Source: Nemertoderma westbladi
Taxonomy: Eukaryota > Animalia > Xenacoelomorpha
Assembly: GCA_032718475.1 (NCBI GenBank)
Contig: JAUCBJ010009095.1
Location: forward strand, 25,511 to 89,510
Direction: 5' to 3'
DNA length: 64,000 bases
How positions within the stretch are numbered: the first letter of the stretch is position 1; each line of letters begins with the position of its first letter. Shown here piece after piece: positions 30,001 through 41,710 of the stretch. The notes under the pieces were generated by a model. The model was given only the letters and a program-made list of their open reading frames with translations, did not search any database and had not been told where the DNA came from. A program made the position numbers and the translations under genes.

Positions 30001-33000
30001 AATTCTTACCCCTCAATGTAACAACTCCAGTAATAATAACAAATTCTTACCCCTCAATGTAACAACTCCAGTAATAATAACAAATTCTTACCCCTCAATG
30101 TAACAACTCCAGTAATAATAACAAATTCTTACCCCTCAATGTAACAACTCCAGTAATAATAACAAATTCTTACCCCTCAATGTAACAACTCCAGTAATAA
30201 TAACAAATTCTTACCCCTCAATGTAACAACTCCAGTAATAATAACAAATTCTTACCCCTCAATGTAACAACTCCAGTAATAATAACAAATTCTTACCCCT
30301 CAATGTAACAACTCCAGTAATAATAACAAATTCTTACCCCTCAATGTAACAACTCCAGTAATAATAACAAATTCTTACCCCTCAATGTAACTAACAACTC
30401 CAGTAATAATAACAAATTCTTACCCCTCAATGTAACAACTCCAGTAATAATAACAAATTCTTACCCCTCAATGTAACAACTCCAGTAATAATAACAAATT
30501 CTTACCCATCAATGTAACAACTCCAGTAATAATAACAAATTCTTACCCCTCAATGTAACAACTCCAGTAATAATAACAAATTCTTACCCCTCAATGTAAC
30601 AACTCCAGTAATAATAACAAATTCTTACCCCTCAATGTAACAACTCCAGTAATAATAACAAATTCTTACCCCTCAATGTAACAACTCCAGTAATAATAAC
30701 AAATTCTTACCCCTCAATGTAACAACTCCAGTAATAATAACAAATTCTTACCCATCAATGATAACAACTCCAGTAATAATAACAAATTCTTACCCCTCAA
30801 TGTAACAACTCCAGTAATAATAACAAATTCTTACCCCTCAATGTAACAACTCCAGTAATAATAACAAATTCTTACCCCTCAATGTAACAACTCCAGTAAT
30901 AATAACAAATTCTTACCCCTCAATGTAACAACTCCAGTAATAATAACAAATTCTTACCCCTCAATGTAACAACTCCAGTAATAATAACAAATTCTTACCC
31001 CTCAATGTAACAACTCCAGTAATAATAACAAATTCTTACCCATCAATGTAACAACTCCAGTAATAATAACAAATTCTTACCCCTCAATGTAACAACTCCA
31101 GTAATAATAACAAATTCTTACCCATCAATGTAACAACTCCAGTAATAATAACAAATTCTTACCCCTCAATGTAACAACTCCAGTAATAATAACAAATTCT
31201 TACCCATCAATGATAACAACTCCAGTAATAATAACAAATTCTTACCCCTCAATGTAACAACTCCAGTAATAATAACAAATTCTTACCCATCAATGATAAC
31301 AACTCCAGTAATAATAACAAATTCTTACCCATCAATGTAACAACTCCAGTAATAATAACAAATTCTTACCCCTCAATGTAACAACTCCAGTAATAATAAC
31401 AAATTCTTACCCCTCAATGTAACAACTCCAGTAATAATAACAAATTCTTACCCCTCAATGTAACAACTCCAGTAATAATAACAAATTCTTACCCCTCAAT
31501 GTAACAACTCCAGTAATAATAACAAATTCTTACCCATCAATGATAACAACTCCAGTAATAATAACAAATTCTTACCCCTCAATGTAACAACTCCAGTAAT
31601 AATAACAAATTCTTACCCCTCAATGTAACAACTCCAGTAATAATAACAAATTCTTACCCCTCAATGTAACAACTCCAGTAATAATAACAAATTCTTACCC
31701 CTCAATGTAACAACTCCAGTAATAATAACAAATTCTTACCCCTCAATGTAACAACTCCAGTAATAATAACAAATTCTTACCCCTCAATGTAACAACTCCA
31801 GTAATAATAACAAATTCTTACCCATCAATATAACAACTCCAGTAATAATAACAAATTCTTACCCCTCAATGTAACAACTCCAGTAATAATAACAAATTCT
31901 TACCCATCAATATAACAACTCCAGTAATAATAACAAATTCTTACCCCTCAATGTAACAACTCCAGTAATAATAACAAATTCTTACCCATCAATATAACAA
32001 CTCCAGTAATAATAACAAATTCTTACCCCTCAATGTAACAACTCCAGTAATAATAACAAATTCTTACCCCTCAATGTAACAACTCCAGTAATAATAACAA
32101 ATTCTTACCCCTCAATGTAACAACTCCAGTAATAATAACAAATTCTTACCCATCAATGTAACTAACAACTCCAGTAATAATAACAAATTCTTACCCATCA
32201 ATGTAACTAACAACTCCAGTAATAATAACAAATTCTTACCCCTCAATGTAACAACTCCAGTAATAATAACAAATTCTTACCCATCAATGTAACTAACAAC
32301 TCCAGTAATAATAACAAATTCTTACCCCTCAATGTAACAACTCCAGTAATAATAACAAATTCTTACCCATCAATATAACAACTCCAGTAATAATAACAAA
32401 TTCTTACCCCTCAATGTAACAACTCCAGTAATAATAACAAATTCTTACCCATCAATATAACAACTCCAGTAATAATAACAAATTCTTACCCATCAATATA
32501 ACAACTCCAGTAATAATAACAAATTCTTACCCCTCAATGTAACAACTCCAGTAATAATAACAAATTCTTACCCATCAATGTAACTAACAACTCCAGTAAT
32601 AATAACAAATTCTTACCCATCAATGTAACTAACAACTCCAGTAATAATAACAAATTCTTACCCATCAATATAACAACTCCAGTAATAATAACAAATTCTT
32701 ACCCCTCAATGTAACAACTCCAGTAATAATAACAAATTCTTACCCATCAATGTAACTAACAACTCCAGTAATAATAACAAATTCTTACCCATCAATGTAA
32801 CTAACAACTCCAGTAATAATAACAAATTCTTACCCCTCAATGTAACAACTCCAGTAATAATAACAAATTCTTACCCCTCAATGTAACAACTCCAGTAATA
32901 ATAACAAATTCTTACCCCTCAATGTAACAACTCCAGTAATAATAACAAATTCTTACCCCTCAATGTAACAACTCCAGTAATAATAACAAATTCTTACCCC

Positions 33001-35459
33001 TCAATGTAACAACTCCAGTAATAATAACAAATTCTTACCCCACAATGTAACAACTCCAGTAATAATAACAAATTCTTACCCGTCAATGTAACAACTCCAG
33101 TAATAATAACAAATTCTTACCCATCAATATAACAACTCCAGTAATAATAACAAATTCTTACCCCTCAATGTAACAACTCCAGTAATAATAACAAATTCTT
33201 ACCCATCAATATAACAACTCCAGTAATAATAACAAATTCTTACCCCTCAATGTAACAACTCCAGTAATAATAACAAATTCTTACCCATCAATATAACAAC
33301 TCCAGTAATAATAACAAATTCTTACCCATCAATATAACAACTCCAGTAATAATAACAAATTCTTACCCATCAATATAACAACTCCAGTAATAATAACAAA
33401 TTCTTACCCATCAATGTAACTAACAACTCCAGTAATAATAACAAATTCTTACCCCTCAATATAACAACTCCAGTAATAATAACAAATTCTTACCCATCAA
33501 TGTAACTAACAACTCCAGTAATAATAACAAATTCTTACCCATCAATGTAACTAACAACTCCAGTAATAATAACAAATTCTTACCCCTCAATGTAACAACT
33601 CCAGTAATAATAACAAATTCTTACCCCTCAATGTAACAACTCCAGTAATAATAACAAATTCTTACCCCTCAATGTAACAACTCCAGTAATAATAACAAAT
33701 TCTTACCCCTCAATGTAACAACTCCAGTAATAATAACAAATTCTTACCCCTCAATGTAACAACTCCAGTAATAATAACAAATTCTTACCCCTCAATGTAA
33801 CAACTCCAGTAATAATAACAAATTCTTACCCATCAATATAACAACTCCAGTAATAATAACAAATTCTTACCCCTCAATGTAACAACTCCAGTAATAATAA
33901 CAAATTCTTACCCATCAATATAACAACTCCAGTAATAATAACAAATTCTTACCCCTCAATGTAACAACTCCAGTAATAATAACAAATTCTTACCCATCAA
34001 TATAACAACTCCAGTAATAATAACAAATTCTTACCCCTCAATGTAACAACTCCAGTAATAATAACAAATTCTTACCCCTCAATGTAACAACTCCAGTAAT
34101 AATAACAAATTCTTACCCCTCAATGTAACAACTCCAGTAATAATAACAAATTCTTACCCCTCAATGTAACAACTCCAGTAATAATAACAAATTCTTACCC
34201 ATCAATGTAACTAACAACTCCAGTAATAATAACAAATTCTTACCCCTCAATGTAACAACACCAGTAATAATAACAAATTCTTACCCATCAATGTAACTAA
34301 CAACTCCAGTAATAATAACAAATTCTTACCCCTCAATGTAACAACTCCAGTAATAATAACAAATTCTTACCCCTCAATGTAACAACTCCAGTAATAATAA
34401 CAAATTCTTACCCCTCAATGTAACAACTCCAGTAATAATAACAAATTCTTACCCATCAATGTAACAACTCCAGAAATAATAACAAATTCTTACCCATCAA
34501 TGTAACAACTCCAGTAATAATAACAAATTCTTACCCCTCAATGTAACAACTCCAGTAATAACAACAAATTCTTACCCCACAATGTAACAACTCCAGTAAT
34601 AATAACAAATTCTTACCCCTCAATGTAACAACTCCAGTAATAATAACAAATTCTTACCCCTCAATGTAACAACTCCAGTAATAATAACAAATTCTTACCC
34701 CTCAATGTAACAACTCCAGTAATAATAACAAATTCTTACCCCTCAATGTAACAACTCCAGTAATAATAACAAATTCTTACCCCTCCATGTAACAACTCCA
34801 GTAATAATAACAAATTCTTACCCCTCAATGTAACAACTCCAGTAATAATAACAAATTCTTACCCCTCCATGTAACAACTCCAGTAATAATAACAAATTCT
34901 TACCCCTCAATGTAACAACTCCAGTAATAATAACAAATTCTTACCCCTCAATGTAACAACTCCAGTAATAATAACAAATTCTTACCCCTCAATGTAACAA
35001 CTCCAGTAATAATAACAAATTCTTACCCCTCAATATAACAACTCCAGTAATAATAACAAATTCTTACCCCTCCATGTAACAACTCCAGTAATAATAACAA
35101 ATTCTTACCCCTCAATGTAACAACTCCAGTAATAATAACAAATTCTTACCCCTCAATGTAACAACTCCAGTAATAATAACAAATTCTTACCCCTCAATGT
35201 AACAACTCCAGTAATAATAACAAATTCTTACCCATCAATGTAACAACTCCAATAATAATAACAAATTCTTACCCCTCAATGTAACAACTCCAATAATAAT
35301 AACAAATTCTTACCCCTCAATGTAACAACTCCAGTAATAATAACAAATTCTTACCCCTCAATATAACAACTCCAGTAATAATAACAAATTCTTACCCCTC
35401 AATGTAACAACTCCAATAATAATAACAAATTCTTACCCCTCAATGTAACAACTCCAATA
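1..35459. repeat. 41-bp tandem satellite, consensus TAACAACTCCAGTAATAATAACAAATTCTTACCCCTCAATG, about 860 copies visible, continuing past the left edge of the window
   Basis: Directly visible head-to-tail 41-bp period with a few recurrent variants (CCCA/CCCC, TCAATA/TCAATG, CCAATA/CCAGTA, CCACAA, CTCCAT, +CTAA). Copy number is length divided by 41. Confidence 0.99.
13943..14042. other. Assembly gap (100 N) inside the 41-bp array; true array length unknown
   Basis: Run of exactly 100 N with the same repeat in the same orientation on both sides. Confidence 0.99.
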
Positions 35460-35524
35460 CAACAAGATATATCAGTCCCAATTTGCACTGATTCATTTAG
35501 TGGTTTATCTACAGACCAAATTAC
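35437..35524 (-). CDS. Host-gene internal exon E (88 nt, phase 0 to 1): VIWSVDKPLNESVQIGTDISCCIGVVTLR(G), VWA7-like C-terminal SCC motif
   Basis: Minus strand: acceptor ttttttatttcag|GTAATT at 35525/35524, donor AGGG|gtaaga at 35437/35436. Frame is open and continues exon D in phase. Confidence 0.85.
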
Positions 35525-35709
35525 CTGAAATAAAAAAGTAGATTGATTATATTAGAAATTCACAATATTGTGGGTTGATAATGATTATAAATAATAATCA
35601 CAAGTAAAGAAGTAAGGTCTACGCGGTAGGTTTTGTGAAGCAAATACAACCAGTTAGTTACGATGCGACGCGATTAAACTCGATAAGTTTTATTAAATAA
35701 CAATATAAC

Positions 35710-35886
35710 CTGGGTTTGTACCCCGTTTATTTCCTTTGAGATAGCCTTCAAACCTCCGCTGTCTGCGAAGGTTGCGTTCACGGTCCATCTCGCACCCAAA
35801 CATATTTCAGTTTGGTTGTAATCCTTACAATCGGTTGCGTATGTTGAAGTCAATAATTCACATTTAGGACCAAAGCGATCAGGATT
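35710..35886 (-). CDS. Host-gene internal exon D (177 nt, phase 0 to 0): NPDRFGPKCELLTSTYATDCKDYNQTEICLGARWTVNATFADSGGLKAISKEINGVQTQ
   Basis: Acceptor gtattatag|AAT, donor CAG|gttata, 59 open codons. The D-x3-P-x-C ... C ... W-x-V-x-A-x3-D-x-GG pattern recalls the Cys-containing C-terminal domain of VWA7 proteins (recognised from memory, no search run). Confidence 0.85.
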
Positions 35887-36322
35887 CTATAATACGCCAG
35901 AATAAGCCAAATAAAGTATTGCACTGTTTCGTAATCTGTTTTTAACTTTTTTTCCAACATTTATAAACTCTTTCGCCCGACTTTGTAAACTCAGAGGTAA
36001 CTAACTTGGTAGTTTAATTGCACTGGTTTGCACAACGATTTACATCTATATTGGTTATTGTGAATTTGCGTTCGCCATGTAATTGCAAGGGGCAAGGCCC
36101 TTCAGCTAACCGTATATGACACTATAGGTCTATTGAACTGGCAGAATGTTTGTATGACTAATATAATGTATGTTCGTTGTTATAAAAACTAGTCCAACCA
36201 ATTGAATTTGTTCTCTTAGTTTTTAAAAGTCGGTCGAACAATAAAAGTTGCCGTTCAGAATAACTACAGATGAATTTATTATCAACATAATTTATGAAAG
36301 ATGATTAATATGGTATACCAAC

Positions 36323-36491
36323 CGGATCCACAATTAGTATATTTCGTGTATGATATGCCGTAATCTCGGAACCGGAATCGTCAAACTGCATAGCTCGGAA
36401 TGTAACGGATGATATCACACCGTGTTCTGTTTCTGTGGTTGTTACCATAGAAACAAGGACTTTTTGAGTTTGATTTGGCGACATAGTAAAC
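36323..36491 (-). CDS. Host-gene internal exon C (169 nt, phase 2 to 0): (Q)FTMSPNQTQKVLVSMVTTTETEHGVISSVTFRAMQFDDSGSEITAYHTRNILIVDP
   Basis: Lies inside track ORF 36305..36550(-). Acceptor atatttttatag|G, donor CCG|gttggt. Beta-strand-like alternating pattern; phase matches exons B and D. Confidence 0.85.
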
Positions 36492-38514
36492 CTATAAAAA
36501 TATGCAAACTGACTGTCTGGGTCCAAATGATTCAATAATCTCTGATACAACTACTACTCTATAATCGGCCTGCTGCATTGAAGCTGCACATTGAGATGCT
36601 ATGCTGCTGGCTTAACATAAATATTTTTGCCACCACCATCCAATCCTCACGGTGAAAACAATGACCTTAAAAGCGGAGGCGATTTTGTTCTAGTGTCAAG
36701 CTTGGAGGAACCAATAAGACACCTCCAATGTTATATAGTGTCTGGTTGGAGATGTGTGCATTGTACTTGACACAGTGAACCCGGCGTAGCATTCTTGTGA
36801 ATGTGCCATCCAGAGATTTGGTGCCCTCAGCAGTTAGAACCCAGCATGGACTCCCATAGAGGCGTACTCGAACTACTGCTGTTCTAAATAATCTGACCTC
36901 AAGATTCCGACGTATTCTGTGGGAGTTTCAAATCCTGAACAGTACATTTAATGATATCCGGTGATTTCAGATATCTGTCTGTATTTTTGGATAACTCTTC
37001 AATTATCCTTCTAAGTGCCAATTTGGGCACCATGGTCCCACGACCTTTACGGAACCCATTCTGATATCCACGGAGCAGTCTCTCAATGGTATCCCTGATG
37101 CGATTTAATAGAATTCTATTGTATAGCTTTGCAGCAATCGAGATCAATGAGATTCCCCGAAAAGAACCATCGAGTGTTAGGTTTCCCTTCTTGGGAACTG
37201 GCACCAACTAATTTGTTTTCATTTCTTGTGGGACTCTCGTCATTCTGTAGGCATACATGTTTATTAAGATTAGTGTAAATTAGCTCAAAACACCCAGGTA
37301 ATATAAAGACCTCAGGGGGAACACCATCTACTCCACTGGCACGATTGGTCTTAATGCTCTTTGCAGCAGCCTTCACTTCAGCGAAGGAGATATCGCCGAT
37401 GGGAATATCTTAATCTATCTTAATAGACTCTCCATGAAGGCAGTACAGCCCTCGCAGTTATCGTTTACCCCAGATGCAAGAGCATACGTGTTGCTTAGCT
37501 CTAGTGTGAAGCTGGATCTCACACTGGGCTGTTGCAATGGAGAGGACCAATCCAATCATGCCGTGGCAAGGTCGATTTCTTATTTTTGCTAGCGCGGAGA
37601 CTAAGTCTTACCTTAACCACAATAAAACAATGATCACTAGTGAAGGTTCAAAGAGTAAATCATGTACAGAGCTCCTGTATTTCTTACGAAACAAAATATG
37701 ATCTATCTGGAACTTGTAACTACTGAATCCAGTTGTATCTACAACTTTCCAGTTCGCTTCTTGAACTGGGTCCAGTCGAACTATCCATTTCCAGAGATGA
37801 AATCTTGAAGATGCACTGAATTTCGGTTGACACTTTTGCTGTAGACCCATTGCGAAGTTTAGGAGCGCTGGAGACTGGCATTAAATTCAACCATGAAAGA
37901 TAAGAATGCATGCTGATCCACTCCATCAGTAGCTTCTTTAGATTGTGGTAGAAATTTTCCACCTCCTCTACTGGGTCAACTCTAGTTGTAGAGTAGCACA
38001 CAATCAGGACACTTCTTAACCAGTCTTCCAGAATATGAGAAGTGGCAACGGATGATACGTTTGGAGATTTGTTCTATTTTGTGCTGCATATGCAGTTGGA
38101 TTCACCAATATACCAATTCCACCATTGCCACTATCATCTGCTGATGCGAGGACAAGTGCGCCAACCGCCCCCAATGCCCTTAATCAGCACCGCATCAGTC
38201 TGTATTCGGTACTCTTGAATACCCACTCCGTTAAGAGAAAGCTTATCTGGCAAGGCAGTCAGGTCACCTTGTCGCATTGGGGACCCGAGTGTTAGGGTGT
38301 TTACTGAGGCTAGTCTAGTGACTTTTTGCCTCAGATTCACCAATGGCTTTGTTGGTCGGGGTGGAACATGAGAGTAGCCTCCTACTCCAGAATCCCTCTC
38401 CCCCTCACAATCTGGCCTCCCTGGTGACCCTGGGTTTGGGCCAGAAATGTCACCAGGAAAGGGAATTTTTCGCTGCTCGCTCTCCAGTGGGAGGTAGGAC
38501 AGGCATCCGGTAAG

Positions 38515-38890
38515 TAGGAAGCAGGATAATTCGGTTCCATTTATTTAGTGATCTGGGACCGAATTGTGCGGGACCGAATTGTGCGGGACCGAATTGTGCG
38601 GGACCGAATTGTCCGGACCTTATTGTTCGGGACCGAATTGTGCGGGACCGAATTGTCCGGACCTTATTGTTCGGGACCGAATTGTGCGGGACCGAATTGT
38701 CCGGACCTTATTGTTCGGGACCGAATTGTTCGGGACCGAAATGTTCGGGACCGAATTGTGCGGGACCGAATTGTGCGGGACCGAATTGTCCGGGACCGAA
38801 TTGTTCGGGACCGAATTGTTCGGGACCGAAATGTTCGGGACCGAATTGTTCGGGACCGAATTGTTTGGGACCGAATTGTCCTAAATCCCG
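38515..38890. mobile_element. MITE-like non-autonomous DNA element made mostly of a 15-bp minisatellite, nested in the 5' part of the LINE
   Basis: Imperfect terminal inverted repeats (TAGGAAGCAGGATAATTCGGTTCC vs reverse complement CGGGATTTAGGACAATTCGGTCCC, 17/24). Flanking 8-bp near-duplication CCGGTAAG (38507-38514) / GCGGTAAG (38891-38898). Confidence 0.6.
38555..38881. repeat. 15-bp minisatellite (GGGACCGAATTGT[G/T/C]C), about 22 copies
   Basis: Directly visible; explains the repetitive ORFs in the track at 38548-38947. Confidence 0.97.
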
Positions 38891-39498
38891 GCGGTAAGGA
38901 GATAACTGGCGACTGTTAGGCCAATTTATTATGTCCGGTAATTCCACTGGCCTCTAGTGGCCGGACCTCTGCATTACTAATGTAATCAATTAATAGTGGG
39001 GTGTTTGGGGTACTTTTTTGCCGACTCAGCTCTCAGGGCAAAGACCGCACCCCGGTTTGCCATTCCATGGGGGTGTCGCAGTGGAGTCAGATATGAGGCC
39101 CATCACCCATACCTACTCTGACGCACATGACCCACCATTGGTTGTGTAGTTCATCTGCTGGGCCATGCCCTGTACCCCTGCTACCAGGTGCAGGTCGCAG
39201 TGGAGTGCACTCAGATTGGACATGAGAACACTCTACTCCTGACCAGCCATTGGCAGATCACCATCTGCCTTGCCAGGCCATATACCCCTGCAGCCAAGTA
39301 TATGGATTCTTAATCCAGGACCAAGGGCGTCCTTATCCCAGAACGAAGGGGGTCCTAGTTACAGGACCAGGTTATGCCCTTCCCTTAGTAACCACAGCTG
39401 GCACCTCCTTTATGCCGCAAGGAGGTGGCAAGATTTCTGAAACAATGACCCAGAATACCTAACCTGACTGAGTCTCTGAACCCAACTGATATACTAAC

Positions 39499-39650
39499 TG
39501 TTTTGGTTCTATTGATTCAATATGTCCCTGAGTATCTATAACTTCCACCTCCGTCAGCCTATCTGAATCCGCCGAGTTGGTGACAAAATAAACCAAAGAT
39601 AAAGTGTCACCGGGATATAAAGTTCTTAGCATTGGTTCTTCATTAGTAAC
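39499..39650 (-). CDS. Host-gene internal exon B (152 nt, phase 0 to 2): VTNEEPMLRTLYPGDTLSLVYFVTNSADSDRLTEVEVIDTQGHIESIEPK(Q)
   Basis: Acceptor ttcattactag|GTT, donor CA|gttagt. CA plus the first G of exon C makes CAG. L-x-PG...F-V-T-N is typical of the start of an Ig-like domain. Confidence 0.85.
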
Positions 39651-39879
39651 CTAGTAATGAATATTTATGTACTCTTTAATCCAGGCTACTACAGTTTATG
39701 GCCCATAAACCAATAAAATATACAACATAAAATCACGAAGAGCACAATGAAATTAAGTCAATAAGAAAAAAAACAAAGGAAGGAAAGCTATACAGCAAAT
39801 TAAAAAAAAAATGTAAAAAAAAGGGAAGAAGAACTAAACAAACATGGAATGATAAAGATAAACATGGAGAATAACAAAC

Positions 39880-39984
39880 CTTTAAACTAGATGGATAAAT
39901 AATATTGGGATTAAATCGCTGTAAACTAAACTGGGTTGTGTCCAGGGAGACTTTCAATCGGTACAGTTTGGCCTCCAATACAAC
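39880..39984 (-). CDS. Host-gene internal exon A (105 nt, phase 0 to 0): VVLEAKLYRLKVSLDTTQFSLQRFNPNIIYPSSLK
   Basis: Overlaps track ORF 39733..39978(-). Acceptor tattttgttcacttag|GTT, donor AAG|gtttgt. The LQR motif precedes the Ig-like domain, like the FQR motif of VWA7/hemicentin-type proteins. Confidence 0.8.
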
Positions 39985-40191
39985 CTAAGTGAACAAAATA
40001 TATATTAATAACAATAACAACAATATACACATATACACATATACAATAACAACTTAATTGTATCATTATTATTATCGGTATTGAAAATTAAATGAAAATA
40101 TTACTTTAATAAGTTTAAGTTATTTATAATGTTCATAAACAAGGGTATAAGTTAAGTATTTAAAACGGAACTTAAACTTAATCATAAAGAG

Positions 40192-41710
40192 ACACCCCCT
40201 TAATTAATCCACACCCCCTTAATTAATCCACACCCCCTTAATTAATCCACACCCCCTTAATTAATCCACACCCCCTTAATTAATTCACACCCCCTTAATT
40301 AATTCACACCCCCTTAATTAATCCACACCCCCTTAATTAATCCACACCCCCTTAATTAATCCACACCCCCTTAATTAATTCACACCCCCTTAATTAATCT
40401 ACACCCCCTTAATTAATCCACACCCCCTTAATTAATTCACACCCCCTTAATTAATCCACACCCCCTTAATTAATCCACACCCCCTTAATTAATCCACACC
40501 CCCTTAATTAATTCACACCCCCTTAATTAATCCACACCCCCTTAATTAATCCACACCCCCTTAATTAATCCACACCCCCTTAATTAATTCACACCCCCTT
40601 AATTAATCTACACCCCCTTAATTAATCCACACCCCCTTAATTAATCCACACCCCCTTAATTAATCCACACCCCCTTAATTAATTCACACCCCCTTAATTA
40701 ATTCACACCCCCTTAATTAATTCACACCCCCTTAATTAATCCACACCCCCTTAATTAATCCACACCCCCTTAATTAATCCACACCCCCTTAATTAATTCA
40801 CACCCCCTTAATTAATCCACACCCCCTTAATTAATCCACACCCCCTTAATTAATCCACACCCCCTTAATTAATTCACACCCCCTTAATTAATCCACACCC
40901 CCTTAATTAATCCACACCCCCTTAATTAATCCACACCCCCTTAATTAATTCACACCCCCTTAATTAATCTACACCCCCTTAATTAATCCACACCCCCTTA
41001 ATTAATCCACACCCCCTTAATTAATCCACACCCCCTTAATTAATTCACACCCCCTTAATTAATTCACACCCCCTTAATTAATTCACACCCCCTTAATTAA
41101 TCCACACCCCCTTAATTAATCCACACCCCCTTAATTAATCCACACCCCCTTAATTAATTCACACCCCCTTAATTAATCCACACCCCCTTAATTAATCCAC
41201 ACCCCCTTAATTAATCCACACCCCCTTAATTAATTCACACCCCCTTAATTAATCTACACCCCCTTAATTAATCCACACCCCCTTAATTAATCCACACCCC
41301 CTTAATTAATCCACACCCCCTTAATTAATTCACACCCCCTTAATTAATCCACACCCCCTTAATTAATTCACACCCCCTTAATTAATCTACACCCCCTTAA
41401 TTAATCCACACCCCCTTAATTAATTCACACCCCCTTAATTAATCCACACCCCCTTAATTAATCCACACCCCCTTAATTAATTCACACCCCCTTAATTAAT
41501 CCCCACCCCCTTAATTAATCCACACCCCCTTAATTAATCCACACCCCCTTAATTAATCCACACCCCCTTAATTAATTCACACCCCCTTAATTAATCCACA
41601 CCCCCTTAATTAATCCACACCCCCTTAATTAATCCCCACCCCCTTAATTAATTCACACCCCCTTAATTAATCCACACCCCCTTAATTAATCCACACCCCC
41701 TTAATTAATC
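40192..41710. repeat. 19-bp tandem satellite TTAATTAATCCACACCCCC, left arm (about 80 copies)
   Basis: Directly visible 19-bp period; ends at the TSD of the BEL/Pao element. Confidence 0.98.

Larger units (their letters stand above)
36548..39485 (-). mobile_element. Degenerate non-LTR retrotransposon (APE endonuclease plus partial RT, RTE-like) with internal deletions, in the intron between exons B and C
   Basis: Frameshifted minus-strand fragments. Endonuclease: RLASVNTLTL...GIQEYR, CYSTT...EEVENFYHNL, FQIDHILFRKKYRSSV. RT N-terminus: KTNRASGVDGVPPEVF, VPVPKKGNL...FRGISLISIAAKLYNRILLNRI...QNGFRKGRGT. Short (GTA)n-like 3' tail. Candidate TSD CTGATA at 36542-36547 and 39486-39491. Confidence 0.88.

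Noticed and set aside
1-35436. ACTAAC branch-point motif created by the +CTAA variant
   Set aside because: It lies on the plus strand, antisense to the host gene.
1-35459. CRISPR array interpretation of the 41-bp repeat
   Set aside because: Units are head-to-tail with no unique spacers, there are no cas genes, and the context is eukaryotic.
38548-38947. Repetitive ORFs (DRIVR, GTELC, GPNCS, QFGPE repeats)
   Set aside because: Artefacts of a stop-free 15-bp minisatellite that is open in several frames.
39000-39485. Self-cleaving ribozyme in the LINE 5' region (hairpins such as CACCTCCTT...AAGGAGGTG)
   Set aside because: Hairpins are present, but I could not assemble a hammerhead or HDV-like core by eye; a covariance-model search is needed.
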